This document shows, one piece after another, positions 1 through 8,501 of a DNA stretch of 64,000 nt (position 1 is its first letter; each line of letters starts with the position of its first letter). Where the stretch lies: sequence record NC_010821.1; one strand, written 5' to 3'. The notes beneath the pieces were generated by a model, which worked only from the letters and a program-made list of their open reading frames with translations, ran no database searches and was not told the DNA's origin. Position numbers and translations under genes: made by a program.

Positions 1-93
1 GGTTTCGTTGCTCGGATCACCAGCGTTAATGAACTCACTCTGAAGACTCCTCCGATGGCGTCAATCGATGAGGACATTGACGATGCTGCGTAA
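1..93 (+). CDS. 3' end of an upstream gene (partial)
   Basis: Frame 1 is open from base 1 to TAA at 91-93 (GFVARITSVNELTLKTPPMASIDEDIDDAA*) and overlaps the next start. Confidence 0.5.
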   Translation, partial: GFVARITSVNELTLKTPPMASIDEDIDDAA

Positions 94-451
94 ACTCTAC
101 GGTCGTTGGCTGGCAAATCAAATCGAGAAAGTGCTTCATTCAGGTGACTACAATTACCTGCGTCCGTACATGTGCCACGCTGTTCGAAAGGTTCTGCCTT
201 TCCCAGTATGTTTATTGGTGAACGCGCACATCACACGTGTCCTTGCCAGTAATGACACACTACACGGACATATCGCCATGAGATTCCCTGACTTCTTCCG
301 CTGGGATTGGGCGCAACGAGAACCAGTGCATCGGCAGTTCTGGATCTACATGTGCGATGCTTTGCGTCAAGGTCATTTCGACTATGGTAAGATCCCCAAC
401 CTCTATGACCTACGTTTGGTCGGAGCTGACCGGATCGATATTACGGTCTAA
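83..451 (+). CDS. hypothetical phage protein
   Basis: ORF track 68..451; ATG at 83 follows GAGG at 70-73. Confidence 0.65.
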   Translation: MLRKLYGRWLANQIEKVLHSGDYNYLRPYMCHAVRKVLPFPVCLLVNAHITRVLASNDTLHGHIAMRFPDFFRWDWAQREPVHRQFWIYMCDALRQGHFDYGKIPNLYDLRLVGADRIDITV

Positions 452-467
452 CTAAATAGGAGTTAAC

Positions 468-677
468 ATGAAAGTTTATACTGGTCCATTTGGTCATTAC
501 AACGCTGGTAGTGTCGGTGCTGTTCTGAACGCGCTGTGTGAACAAGAAGGTCGTTCCTGTGGTGTGGTTGGTAACTACGTCATCGGTAACGGTAAAGTAA
601 TGCAGAACGGCTTGAACGAGCGGGTTGTTGCTACCTTTGTATGGGATGGCGATGATATCAAGTTCACCTGGCTGTAA
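468..677 (+). CDS. small hypothetical protein (69 aa)
   Basis: AGGAG RBS upstream, phage-typical codons, hairpin immediately downstream. Confidence 0.75.
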   Translation: MKVYTGPFGHYNAGSVGAVLNALCEQEGRSCGVVGNYVIGNGKVMQNGLNERVVATFVWDGDDIKFTWL

Positions 678-691
678 CGGCATAAAGGAGA

Positions 692-721
692 AGCTCACTG
701 GGGCACTACTCCCAGTGAGCT
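692..721 (+). terminator. stem-loop AGCTCACTGGG/CCCAGTGAGCT
   Basis: 11-bp perfect stem after the 468..677 stop, preceded by GGCATAAAG. Confidence 0.6.
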
Positions 722-874
722 AACCGTCGTCTAGGATTAGTGGTCCTGTCCAACGGGTTGACTGCTTAACGTTCAATTCAATTGAATCCCCTCGTGGGAC
801 CAATTTTCAATCCAGTCTTACAGTCTGGTACGATACAATCATTCACATATAATCTACGCAGGAGTAAACTTTTA

Positions 875-1150
875 ATGAATACCCCAGCATCAACCTGCTC
901 CATTGGCGTTGTAACTCAAGAAGTCTATTCCGATTTCGATATGACTCGTGTACTGCGCGAGTTGAAAGAAGCGATGCGTAAGGGTAATCAATCACGCACG
1001 TTCCACCGCAATGACGATCCAGCGTCGGATAAAGCTGGTGAGTTGCATCCAATGCAGGCGGCCCGACTGGCATACAACGGCTGGACTGTCGAGCGTAGCT
1101 TCAGTGCCTATACCGTGAGTGGCTGGGCGATTCGCGATAAAGAAGAATGA
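875..1150 (+). CDS. small hypothetical protein
   Basis: ORF track 782..1150; AGGAG at ~859-863 favours ATG 875; followed by a terminator. Confidence 0.7.
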   Translation: MNTPASTCSIGVVTQEVYSDFDMTRVLRELKEAMRKGNQSRTFHRNDDPASDKAGELHPMQAARLAYNGWTVERSFSAYTVSGWAIRDKEE

Positions 1151-1196
1151 CATAAAGCCTCTCCTTCGGGAGAGGCCTATGTTGTTTATTTTTTTA
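1150..1196. terminator. bidirectional intrinsic terminator
   Basis: GCCTCTCC-TTCG-GGAGAGGC plus T tract, between convergent genes. Confidence 0.85.
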
Positions 1197-2339
1197 CTTC
1201 TCTTGGCCCATACGGCTGAACATTTTCATGATACCGTAGGTTACCTCAGTAACGTGTTTAATAGTGTTAGCTGCAAGTTCCAATACTGGCGACGCAGCTT
1301 TCTCAATATTACCACGTTTGTCATCAGGTAACCCTTTGATGAACTTTGTCAGTTCGTCAACGTCTTTCTCAAGTTTGGCCATTACTGGACCGAGACCCTT
1401 AACCTTCTCGATTACTTGACCGAAGGTTTTAGTCGACTCAGGAATAACAGTCAGCTCGTCACCTTTACCGCCACGATAATTTTTGTTTACCAGTGCGTAG
1501 GCCAGATGGATAGGCCAGTCAGTGGAAGTCCACTCTTTCATCGGAGCGTCAACATCGATTTCTTCAAAGTAAGCACGACCGTCTTTTACTTTAACGGTGG
1601 TGTTGTTCATCAGCATGATATTCAAGAACTTAGACAGAGCTTTACCGTCTGCACCATTCTCAGCCATCTTGCGTACTTTACCCATACCTTCGGCGATCAA
1701 TGCCTCGAGATCCTTGATACCTTTAATCTCCATGTCGAACTGGGACATGTCCATGAGCTCATTACGCATATGGAATAACTGCCAGGCCTCTTTCTGGTTA
1801 ACCAGAACGATTCGATTTTTTGTATTATGCATGTTACTCTTAATGGCGTTCAACTTACCAAGAGCCTGTTTGTAATTGGACATCATGGTGCCAACCGATT
1901 CATCTACCCGATCAGCATAACCTTCCAGGCTACCAACTGCTGTGCTACGGATATGATCAGCGTGTTCACGGATAGCACGAGTGAACCGACGCACGCCACC
2001 TTTGGTATTTTTAAACTCTTCCATAGAGTGGCTATGTGGCCATCCACCGAGAGTAGATAGTTGAGTAAAGATACGTTTATACGATTCCAGTGCTGGTGCA
2101 GTGGTAATACCATCGGCATCTTCAGCCAATGCATCTAGTTGTTCAGCTACGTCTACGGAGTCAACGATCGGATCAAGAGATACATCCGGTGTATCAATAA
2201 CTTCAGTAATGGTGTTATCGATTACCTGGTCACCTTCAATGACACATTCTGGTGGGATAGTGTTCATGAACTCTTCGATTGCTACTTGTTCAGCGGTCTT
2301 ACCTGCTTTCGGTTTATACAGTGGGTTGGTCTTTGCCAT
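1194..2339 (-). CDS. virion inner-head-type protein with acidic propeptide
   Basis: Acidic N-terminal region with A-L-E, S-M-E and S-L-E sites (head-protease S/A/G-x-E motif), then helical domain; resembles phiKZ inner-head paralogue families. Confidence 0.6.
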   Translation of the reverse strand: MAKTNPLYKPKAGKTAEQVAIEEFMNTIPPECVIEGDQVIDNTITEVIDTPDVSLDPIVDSVDVAEQLDALAEDADGITTAPALESYKRIFTQLSTLGGWPHSHSMEEFKNTKGGVRRFTRAIREHADHIRSTAVGSLEGYADRVDESVGTMMSNYKQALGKLNAIKSNMHNTKNRIVLVNQKEAWQLFHMRNELMDMSQFDMEIKGIKDLEALIAEGMGKVRKMAENGADGKALSKFLNIMLMNNTTVKVKDGRAYFEEIDVDAPMKEWTSTDWPIHLAYALVNKNYRGGKGDELTVIPESTKTFGQVIEKVKGLGPVMAKLEKDVDELTKFIKGLPDDKRGNIEKAASPVLELAANTIKHVTEVTYGIMKMFSRMGQEK

Positions 2340-2392
2340 TTCTAAGGTACCTTATAATCTTTAGTTATTTAGCCTGATCAGGGCTGGATATT

Positions 2393-2401
2393 ACAACATA
2401 A
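2393..2401 (-). promoter_or_regulatory. putative late promoter core TTATGTTGT
   Basis: TATG core (phiKZ nvRNAP late consensus) ~55 nt upstream of the structural gene 1194..2339. Confidence 0.4.
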
Positions 2402-2550
2402 CATTGAATTAAAATACTTGATATGCCAACACTGTGTATAAACCCCTACTAAAAGCATAGGATCGCCCGTAGGGCCTTTATTTCTTAATTAACAGATATT
2501 GCGATAGCAATACAACATTGCTTTACTAGCGTAAGCTTAACTACAGTAAC

Positions 2551-2588
2551 GATAAGCCCTCTCACAACAGAGAGGGCATTTATGACGT
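2551..2588. terminator. stem-loop GCCCTCTC/GAGAGGGC
   Basis: 8-bp GC stem with TTTATGACG 3' flank, downstream of the minus-strand triplet. Confidence 0.65.
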
Positions 2589-2614
2589 TAATTACAATGC
2601 TCTCTGCAAGAGGG

Positions 2615-2640
2615 AATAAAGCCCTCCCCTAAGGGAGGAC
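2615..2640 (-). terminator. stem-loop CCTCCC/GGGAGG
   Basis: GC stem right after the stop of 2645..3037; T-rich tail (TTTATT) on the minus strand. Confidence 0.6.
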
Positions 2641-2644
2641 TAGG

Positions 2645-3037
2645 TTATGAACTTACTTCATTGTAGTAATCACGTTTGATCGTATCAAAGTAAGGATCAC
2701 TAACATTCAACTCATGGTCCATGAACAAGGTAGAGTAATTACCTACATCTATTTGATCGTGACTCCAATCTGGATGTGACATACTTTTCTGAACAACCTC
2801 GATCAAAATGCTGTGCATCAAATAGAGTCTTTGCTTAGCTAGATTGAAAGAGTTATAAGTGGAGTAGTCTGTAGGACCCCACCCTTCGATTTCAGCGACG
2901 TATTCAGTAATAGCCGTCATTATACGGATAACGTTCTGTTCAGCCGCGTAAACGATTATGGAGTCACCCTGACGGTATTTGACTCGATGCTTAAGGGTCG
3001 CTATAACTTTTTCTGCAAAGTGGTCAACATTAGCCAT
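2645..3037 (-). CDS. hypothetical protein, member of local 3-gene paralogue set
   Basis: 130 aa ORF; N-terminal pattern and LFMDHEL motif shared with neighbours. Confidence 0.75.
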   Translation of the reverse strand: MANVDHFAEKVIATLKHRVKYRQGDSIIVYAAEQNVIRIMTAITEYVAEIEGWGPTDYSTYNSFNLAKQRLYLMHSILIEVVQKSMSHPDWSHDQIDVGNYSTLFMDHELNVSDPYFDTIKRDYYNEVSS

Positions 3038-3041
3038 TAGG

Positions 3042-3392
3042 TTACTTCCTCTTTAAAGGTTTAGGGAAATCATGATCGATGAATATGCGATTGTATTGGG
3101 TTACACTACTAAGTGCCGTAAATCGATCTATAGCGTCTTGTACGACGTGGTTATCCACATCAATGCGAATGAACTGCCAACGCTTAGAAGTCTTAGTCAG
3201 TTCATTAAATTGTTTCTCATAGGACTGACCGTTACCGGCATTAGGATACATATACCCGAGTAACAGTTTAAACAGATCCTCACGGTTACCGGCATTTACC
3301 ATAACCAGTATCAGTAATCCATACTTAGCGCTGTTGTGTTCAGTAACGGCCTCGAATACCTTAGTGGCCAGTTTCTCAATATGCTTACGCAT
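3042..3392 (-). CDS. hypothetical protein, member of local 3-gene paralogue set
   Basis: ORF track 3042..3425; ATG at 3392 overlaps the upstream stop; IFIDHDF motif. Confidence 0.7.
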   Translation of the reverse strand: MRKHIEKLATKVFEAVTEHNSAKYGLLILVMVNAGNREDLFKLLLGYMYPNAGNGQSYEKQFNELTKTSKRWQFIRIDVDNHVVQDAIDRFTALSSVTQYNRIFIDHDFPKPLKRK

Positions 3393-3714
3393 AAACCGAT
3401 TCCTCATAGTCAAAGATGATGGCACTCAAACCACCAACAGTTAGTAATAGATGATTAGATGGTTCAGGATACGGTGCGGGCTTCTGGAATATATCAACCT
3501 GATGACTAAATACTTCTTTAAGGAACCATTCGAGTCGTTCAAGGGTAGGGAATGGTACCTTGTAATATTCCGTAGCCTTAACCAAAAGACGATCTATAAC
3601 AGGTTTGAGATTCTGCCGTGCAGTATAAACATGAATCCATGCTTTCCGTTTCATTACGTCATGTAACCTAAGTTGTGAAAGAATGTCATCTACGATTTTA
3701 TCAATGTTGTCCAT
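3385..3714 (-). CDS. hypothetical protein, member of local 3-gene paralogue set
   Basis: Track start 3870 lies inside the helicase and across a terminator; ATG at 3714 has an AGGTG RBS. Confidence 0.7.
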   Translation of the reverse strand: MDNIDKIVDDILSQLRLHDVMKRKAWIHVYTARQNLKPVIDRLLVKATEYYKVPFPTLERLEWFLKEVFSHQVDIFQKPAPYPEPSNHLLLTVGGLSAIIFDYEESVYA

Positions 3715-3730
3715 AGTACACCTAAATAAA

Positions 3731-3752
3731 TGCCTCTCCTTTCGGAGAGGCA
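3731..3752 (-). terminator. terminator after helicase
   Basis: TGCCTCTCC-GAAA-GGAGAGGCA followed by TTTATTT on the minus strand. Confidence 0.8.
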
Positions 3753-3769
3753 ATATAACGTTTTCTTTT

Positions 3770-5302
3770 TTAGTCCCAAGCGTCATCACCATCGGAACCG
3801 ATATTGTTACCCGGAATAACTCGAATGCAATAGTCTTCTTCTTTATCGATGTCCCACGGCATAGTGCCAACTGGACTCATTGGGATGATGACATATTGAT
3901 CTTCTTCAGGTGTAAGGGTGTTACGGTGCTTACCACGTTGAATAGCAAAGTAGGCCTTACCCTTACGACGGATGATGTGATGGAACAGTTCAAGGTCAGG
4001 TTCTTGACCCAGACGACGGCAACCGTCATAGTAACCTTTGTTCGCCACAACCTGTACGAAGTCTTCTGTGTTCTCACGTTGCAGTTGCAGTGCATCAGAA
4101 CCCAACTGGTGTGGTGACAAGAAGGTAATGCCTCGTGGAGCAGTATAGTTACGCATGCGACGGAACAACAGTCGAATATCGTCACCAGCTACTTTAGCAT
4201 CCAACCCAGTCTTAGGCAGCATATTGAGATAGTCAACACAAAGGAACTGGAGTTCAAAGCCTTGTGCTTGCAGTCCATCAAGATAGTTGACAAAACCAGC
4301 TACTGTAAATTCAGTAGGGTCAAATCGAACCATCTTAGCTTTAAAGCCATTCTCTTCCAAGCGAGAGCATACATAAGCAGCTGCATCACGTTTGTCTACA
4401 TCACGTCGAATAACAGGTTCACCTGTTTCGTTCTCTTTGAGGTAGCAGTACATATGCATCAAGTTGTCAGAGATCTCGTTCTCAAGTGTTACGAACAAAA
4501 CCAAAGGCTTCTTTGTGGAATCCCGCATAAAGGGTCTGTTGAAAATACAGACGTGTAGGAACACGAACATCGCAAAGTAGGATTTACCTTGGTGTTGTAG
4601 TGCAGCAGTAGTGATAAACTCACCACGGCGCAAAGCACCCAAAGGACCCAGTAGACGGTTAACGCCTTTCCAACCCAAACGGAATGCACCATCGGGCGAA
4701 AGAGTATCTTGTGCTTTCTGAAAGATATCCTCTACGGATTCAGGATCGTCAAAATCGATACTACCCATCTCAGCAGGGTGTTTAGATTCAGCACGAGCTT
4801 TTACATAAGGCTCAAGTTTAGCGCCCATTTCAGACACCATACTAACGATGTCCAGATTACCACGGTCTTGGAAGATCAGTTTTTGCGAATATTCTTTTAC
4901 AACAGTCTTAATAGTCACGTCATTAAGATAAACGTTCAGTGTACCACGGCGACTATTAATGGAACGCATGATAGCCATGCCATCAGGGAAGTTCTCTAGT
5001 ACACCTTGCTCAACCGAATCGTAAAGATAAACTTCTTCACGGCAACTAACACGAACCAGTTGCAATACTTCTTGCAACCCAGGGAAAGCATTCTTTGGCT
5101 TCTGATTAAGTTCATTAACCAGATTGCGCAATTCAAGAAAAGTCTGCCGACCAGAGTCATGGTCAGCGGTGGTTTCTTTTACATCTAAAGAAGATACAAC
5201 TTTATCAATCAGCTCCGTTGACGGTGATGCTGGGGAGTCTTCACGGTGCTCAAGGCACAACAATGTAACGCATTGAACTAATAGCTGTTTGGGAGAAGCC
5301 AT
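3770..5302 (-). CDS. dnaB: DnaB-like replicative helicase (phiKZ gp118-like)
   Basis: SF4 motifs: LRRGE..ALQHQGKS (Walker A), LFVTLEN, LCVDYL (Walker B), SPHQL, RGKHR; synteny next to the capsid gene. Confidence 0.9.
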   Translation of the reverse strand: MASPKQLLVQCVTLLCLEHREDSPASPSTELIDKVVSSLDVKETTADHDSGRQTFLELRNLVNELNQKPKNAFPGLQEVLQLVRVSCREEVYLYDSVEQGVLENFPDGMAIMRSINSRRGTLNVYLNDVTIKTVVKEYSQKLIFQDRGNLDIVSMVSEMGAKLEPYVKARAESKHPAEMGSIDFDDPESVEDIFQKAQDTLSPDGAFRLGWKGVNRLLGPLGALRRGEFITTAALQHQGKSYFAMFVFLHVCIFNRPFMRDSTKKPLVLFVTLENEISDNLMHMYCYLKENETGEPVIRRDVDKRDAAAYVCSRLEENGFKAKMVRFDPTEFTVAGFVNYLDGLQAQGFELQFLCVDYLNMLPKTGLDAKVAGDDIRLLFRRMRNYTAPRGITFLSPHQLGSDALQLQRENTEDFVQVVANKGYYDGCRRLGQEPDLELFHHIIRRKGKAYFAIQRGKHRNTLTPEEDQYVIIPMSPVGTMPWDIDKEEDYCIRVIPGNNIGSDGDDAWD

Positions 5303-5388
5303 TTCGAATCCTTGTAAAAATAGTGGAGTGTATCGTGTATCATTATTAATACAAGTATTAGTTTGTAATGTAAATATAGCAATATCAA

Positions 5389-5399
5389 TATGTAGAACT
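5389..5399 (+). promoter_or_regulatory. putative late promoter TATGTAGAACT
   Basis: TATG core upstream of the capsid operon; identical 11-mer at 52433. Confidence 0.5.
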
Positions 5400-5430
5400 T
5401 TAACCCCTTTAAACCAATAGGTTGTGTACT

Positions 5431-5973
5431 ATGGTCCAACTGCTAGTATTACCTGAAGCTGTGTACGATCAGTACAAAGTAGACGGTGTCCAATTTAACA
5501 GATTGTTAGACACCAACTATATAGCTTGTCCTGACGTGAGTTCAGTCAATGATCTTGCACAGATTGACATTGCGTTGAATGAATTTCCCTTCGTGTTCTG
5601 CCCCGGTACTGGCATTGTCTTGGCCCACAGTCCACGAGTTGGCATTGCTATTGCATCGACTTCTGATGTCGAAAATAAGTTTATGATGCAAGATTTGCAT
5701 AATGCTTTAGAGGAACGCGTCGAAACGCTTTCGCTTCGCCTCGCTAACCAACCTAAGTTAGTAAGTGAATATTCCCTTTATCCTGTAGATGAGAATCTTT
5801 GGGTTGCGGTGCAGAAGAGTCTGCCTATCACCAATAGCGATCCTGAACGGTTAACTTTAATCAGTAACCGTACCTTCTTTGATAGCTTGATCTATGAGTT
5901 GCTGAGAACCTGCAAATTAAGTCAGGTAGCATCAACGAATCTCTTCAACTATTATCTTATGTCTAAGGTCTAG
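5431..5973 (+). CDS. conserved protein upstream of the capsid gene (phiKZ gp119 position)
   Basis: ORF track 5422..5973, ATG at 5431; synteny helicase-X-capsid. Confidence 0.7.
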   Translation: MVQLLVLPEAVYDQYKVDGVQFNRLLDTNYIACPDVSSVNDLAQIDIALNEFPFVFCPGTGIVLAHSPRVGIAIASTSDVENKFMMQDLHNALEERVETLSLRLANQPKLVSEYSLYPVDENLWVAVQKSLPITNSDPERLTLISNRTFFDSLIYELLRTCKLSQVASTNLFNYYLMSKV

Positions 5974-6049
5974 TTCCGGTGAAAAATAGATCTTTCACAT
6001 TTAGATACTTGTTTAAAACCAAAACCCATCCTGCGTAGGAAATTAATTA

Positions 6050-8290
6050 ATGAAACATCTTAAATCTCTGAAGTCTGTATTTAAAGCTACTACTGACGCC
6101 CATCAAACTTTCTCGATGGAAGGTTTTGTAAGCGCCATGAAGAAAGAAGACGATCTGGCAGACGGTCTGTTCCAATCGGCTGAACGCGCTGCTGGTCTGA
6201 TCGACTCGATCGGTACTGAATCTTTCGGTTCTAAGCATGATGATGCACAAACTGCATCCAGCCTGTACAAGCAAATCTCGAAGATTGCTCGTGACTATGG
6301 TTTTGAACAATACCTGTCGGCTGACGAACGTGTTGCCGAAAACCAACTGACCGCTGCTGTTCTGGGTTCCCTGGCTGCAACCAACACCAGCAAATACATC
6401 AAAGCTCTGCGCGGTGTATCGAAAATCGTTCCGTCGACCGAAGACATCAAAACCATCACCCAGACCTATAGTGGTCCTGCTGGCGGTATGGATGTATTCA
6501 CTGGCGAAGAAACCAAAGCTGTAGCTCTGGAAAACTACAACGAAAAATCGCAACGTGACTTCCGCGTTGTTACCGTTGGTTATAACCTGGCTGCTTCCCG
6601 TCAGGACGAGTTCGCTGAACGTATCTACCCAACCACCGTTATCAACCCTATCGAGGGTGGTGTGGTTCAGGTTCTGCCATACATCGCTGTAATGAAGGAC
6701 GTTCACCACTCCGTGAACGGTGCTCGTTGGAAGAACGACGAAGTGAACATGGTTGAAGCATACCGTGATCCGTCGATCCTCGACGACAACGCTACCGACC
6801 TGATCCCAGCTATCGATCCAGCCGGTACCAACCTGCATTACTTCGCTGACCCAGCTCTGATCCCAGCTGAGACTGTTGTTAACGAACAAAACCTGTCGAT
6901 CGAAACCGCTCCTCTGAAGCCTGGTATTCGTCTGGACCTGATGGGTAACTCCAACGCTAACCTGCTGATTGCAGCTAACATGCTGGACGTTTCCGACACC
7001 ATCGACCCTGCTGGTCGTCTGAAAGCTCTGTACATCAAGTTCCAGGATAAAGTGATCAAGTTCAAAGTAGACCGCATGCCACGCGCTGTGTTCCAACCAG
7101 ACCTGATCGGTGATACCCGTGGTGCCAAAGTTGACTTCTGGACCGACGACCTGACTGTAAGCTCCGTAACTCGTACTATCGACGGCGTACAAACCGCTGC
7201 CATGTCCGAACTGGAAGCTCGTGGCTGGGTACTGCGTCTGAGCGTAGACTTCACTGGTAACATCTCCACTTCGAAAGGTGATTCCCGCTTCACCAATGGC
7301 GACGCTACTATTGCCAAGATCCTGAACGCTGACCGTCGCGAAATCGACATCACCGCAGGCGATGGTAAAGTACTGGCTGATACCATTACCGATCTGGAAA
7401 TCGTTGGTTTCGAACTGCAAGTTCGCTTCACTAACACTAACCGTCGTCAGCGCGGTCACCTGCTGCAAACTCGTGCTCTGCAATTCCGTCACCCAATCCC
7501 AATGCACGCTCCAGTGACTCTGCCACTGAGCACCATGGAAGATGAAGGTCCAGGTGAAGTTGTTAAAGCTCTGACTGTTAACACCAACATCCGTAACAGC
7601 AACAACGCTGTTAAGACTCTGTTGAACTACCTGGCTCAACTGCGTGAGCTGACCGGTAACGGCTTCAACCGTCCAGTCATCAACGTGTACGAAGGTGCTC
7701 TGGCCGCTGTAATGCGTCCTACCTACCACTACGACACCATGCATCTGCCAGACATGATCGACACCCTGAAGTCGAAAGACCGTTGGGACGACGTCTGCTC
7801 GGCCATCCTGAACAAAGTTAAAGGTATCCTGTTCCCAGCATACCGTAACTCGAACATCGAAGCTGCCTTCCGAGTAATCTCGGGTAACCAAGACGAGCGT
7901 CCGATCTTCCTGTTCTGCACCGACAAAGAAATCGCCAACTACCTGATGACTAAAGGCGACGACCGCACCCTGGGTGCTTACCTGGAATACGACATCGTAT
8001 CCACTAACAACGAACTGTTCGACGGTAAGTTGGTAGTAGTACCTACTCGTAAGACTCCAGTTGAGAACGACATCCTGAGCTTCGGTCAGTTCTTCTACGT
8101 ATCGACCATCATCGCTGACCTGCCTATCACTCGTGGTGGTAATCAGATCACTCGCGAAATCGCAGCTGTTCCATTCAACCTGCACATCAACAACGTTCCA
8201 TTCGCTCTCGAATTCGACGTTACTGGTTTCGAACAGGTAATGGGCCACTCGATGTGGAACAAACCAGTTGTAGACGCCCTGGGCGCTTGA
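6050..8290 (+). CDS. major capsid protein (phiKZ gp120-like)
   Basis: 746 aa, extreme codon bias, propeptide ending near AVALE/NY (~aa 160), phiKZ-type motifs (QDEFAERIYPT, YVSTIIADLP). Confidence 0.93.
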   Translation: MKHLKSLKSVFKATTDAHQTFSMEGFVSAMKKEDDLADGLFQSAERAAGLIDSIGTESFGSKHDDAQTASSLYKQISKIARDYGFEQYLSADERVAENQLTAAVLGSLAATNTSKYIKALRGVSKIVPSTEDIKTITQTYSGPAGGMDVFTGEETKAVALENYNEKSQRDFRVVTVGYNLAASRQDEFAERIYPTTVINPIEGGVVQVLPYIAVMKDVHHSVNGARWKNDEVNMVEAYRDPSILDDNATDLIPAIDPAGTNLHYFADPALIPAETVVNEQNLSIETAPLKPGIRLDLMGNSNANLLIAANMLDVSDTIDPAGRLKALYIKFQDKVIKFKVDRMPRAVFQPDLIGDTRGAKVDFWTDDLTVSSVTRTIDGVQTAAMSELEARGWVLRLSVDFTGNISTSKGDSRFTNGDATIAKILNADRREIDITAGDGKVLADTITDLEIVGFELQVRFTNTNRRQRGHLLQTRALQFRHPIPMHAPVTLPLSTMEDEGPGEVVKALTVNTNIRNSNNAVKTLLNYLAQLRELTGNGFNRPVINVYEGALAAVMRPTYHYDTMHLPDMIDTLKSKDRWDDVCSAILNKVKGILFPAYRNSNIEAAFRVISGNQDERPIFLFCTDKEIANYLMTKGDDRTLGAYLEYDIVSTNNELFDGKLVVVPTRKTPVENDILSFGQFFYVSTIIADLPITRGGNQITREIAAVPFNLHINNVPFALEFDVTGFEQVMGHSMWNKPVVDALGA

Positions 8291-8385
8291 ACTGGAAAGG
8301 GTGGATTCCGTTACATGGAAGATGGTACTACTGTCAGATATGAAGAAAGCGGGATTGCCCGCCGACTAGAGCGGTGACACTAGAT

Positions 8386-8421
8386 CATACGGCCAGTCCT
8401 TCGGGACTGGCTTTATGTTGT
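8386..8421 (+). terminator. terminator of capsid operon
   Basis: GCCAGTCC-TTCG-GGACTGGC-TTTATGTTGT. Confidence 0.85.
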
Positions 8422-8440
8422 CTTATGGGGTAATACAAAA

Positions 8441-8462
8441 TATTTGAGATTTATATCATTCA
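8441..8462 (+). promoter_or_regulatory. putative early (virion RNAP) promoter
   Basis: TATTTGAGATTTATATCATTCA, exact 22-nt copy at 59889-59910; TTT-N6-TATAT spacing as at 14186. Confidence 0.6.
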
Positions 8463-8501
8463 TTTGATCTTAATATTAATCCTTAACCAAAGGACCCGAT
8501 T

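Noticed and set aside
843-853. TATAAT as a host sigma70 promoter
   Set aside because: No credible -35 at the right spacing, and phiKZ-like phages rely on their own RNAPs.
3715-3870. N-terminal extension of ORF 3385..3870
   Set aside because: Runs through a terminator and into the helicase gene; ATG at 3714 has a proper RBS. The same logic applies to track starts 26807, 31351, 31854, 34567, 35062, 41761-42333, 46073 and 59892.
6047-8248. 733-aa antisense ORF under the capsid gene
   Set aside because: Exactly in codon register with the sense gene. It is explained by avoidance of TTA/CTA/TCA codons in a highly expressed gene; no RBS, no motifs.
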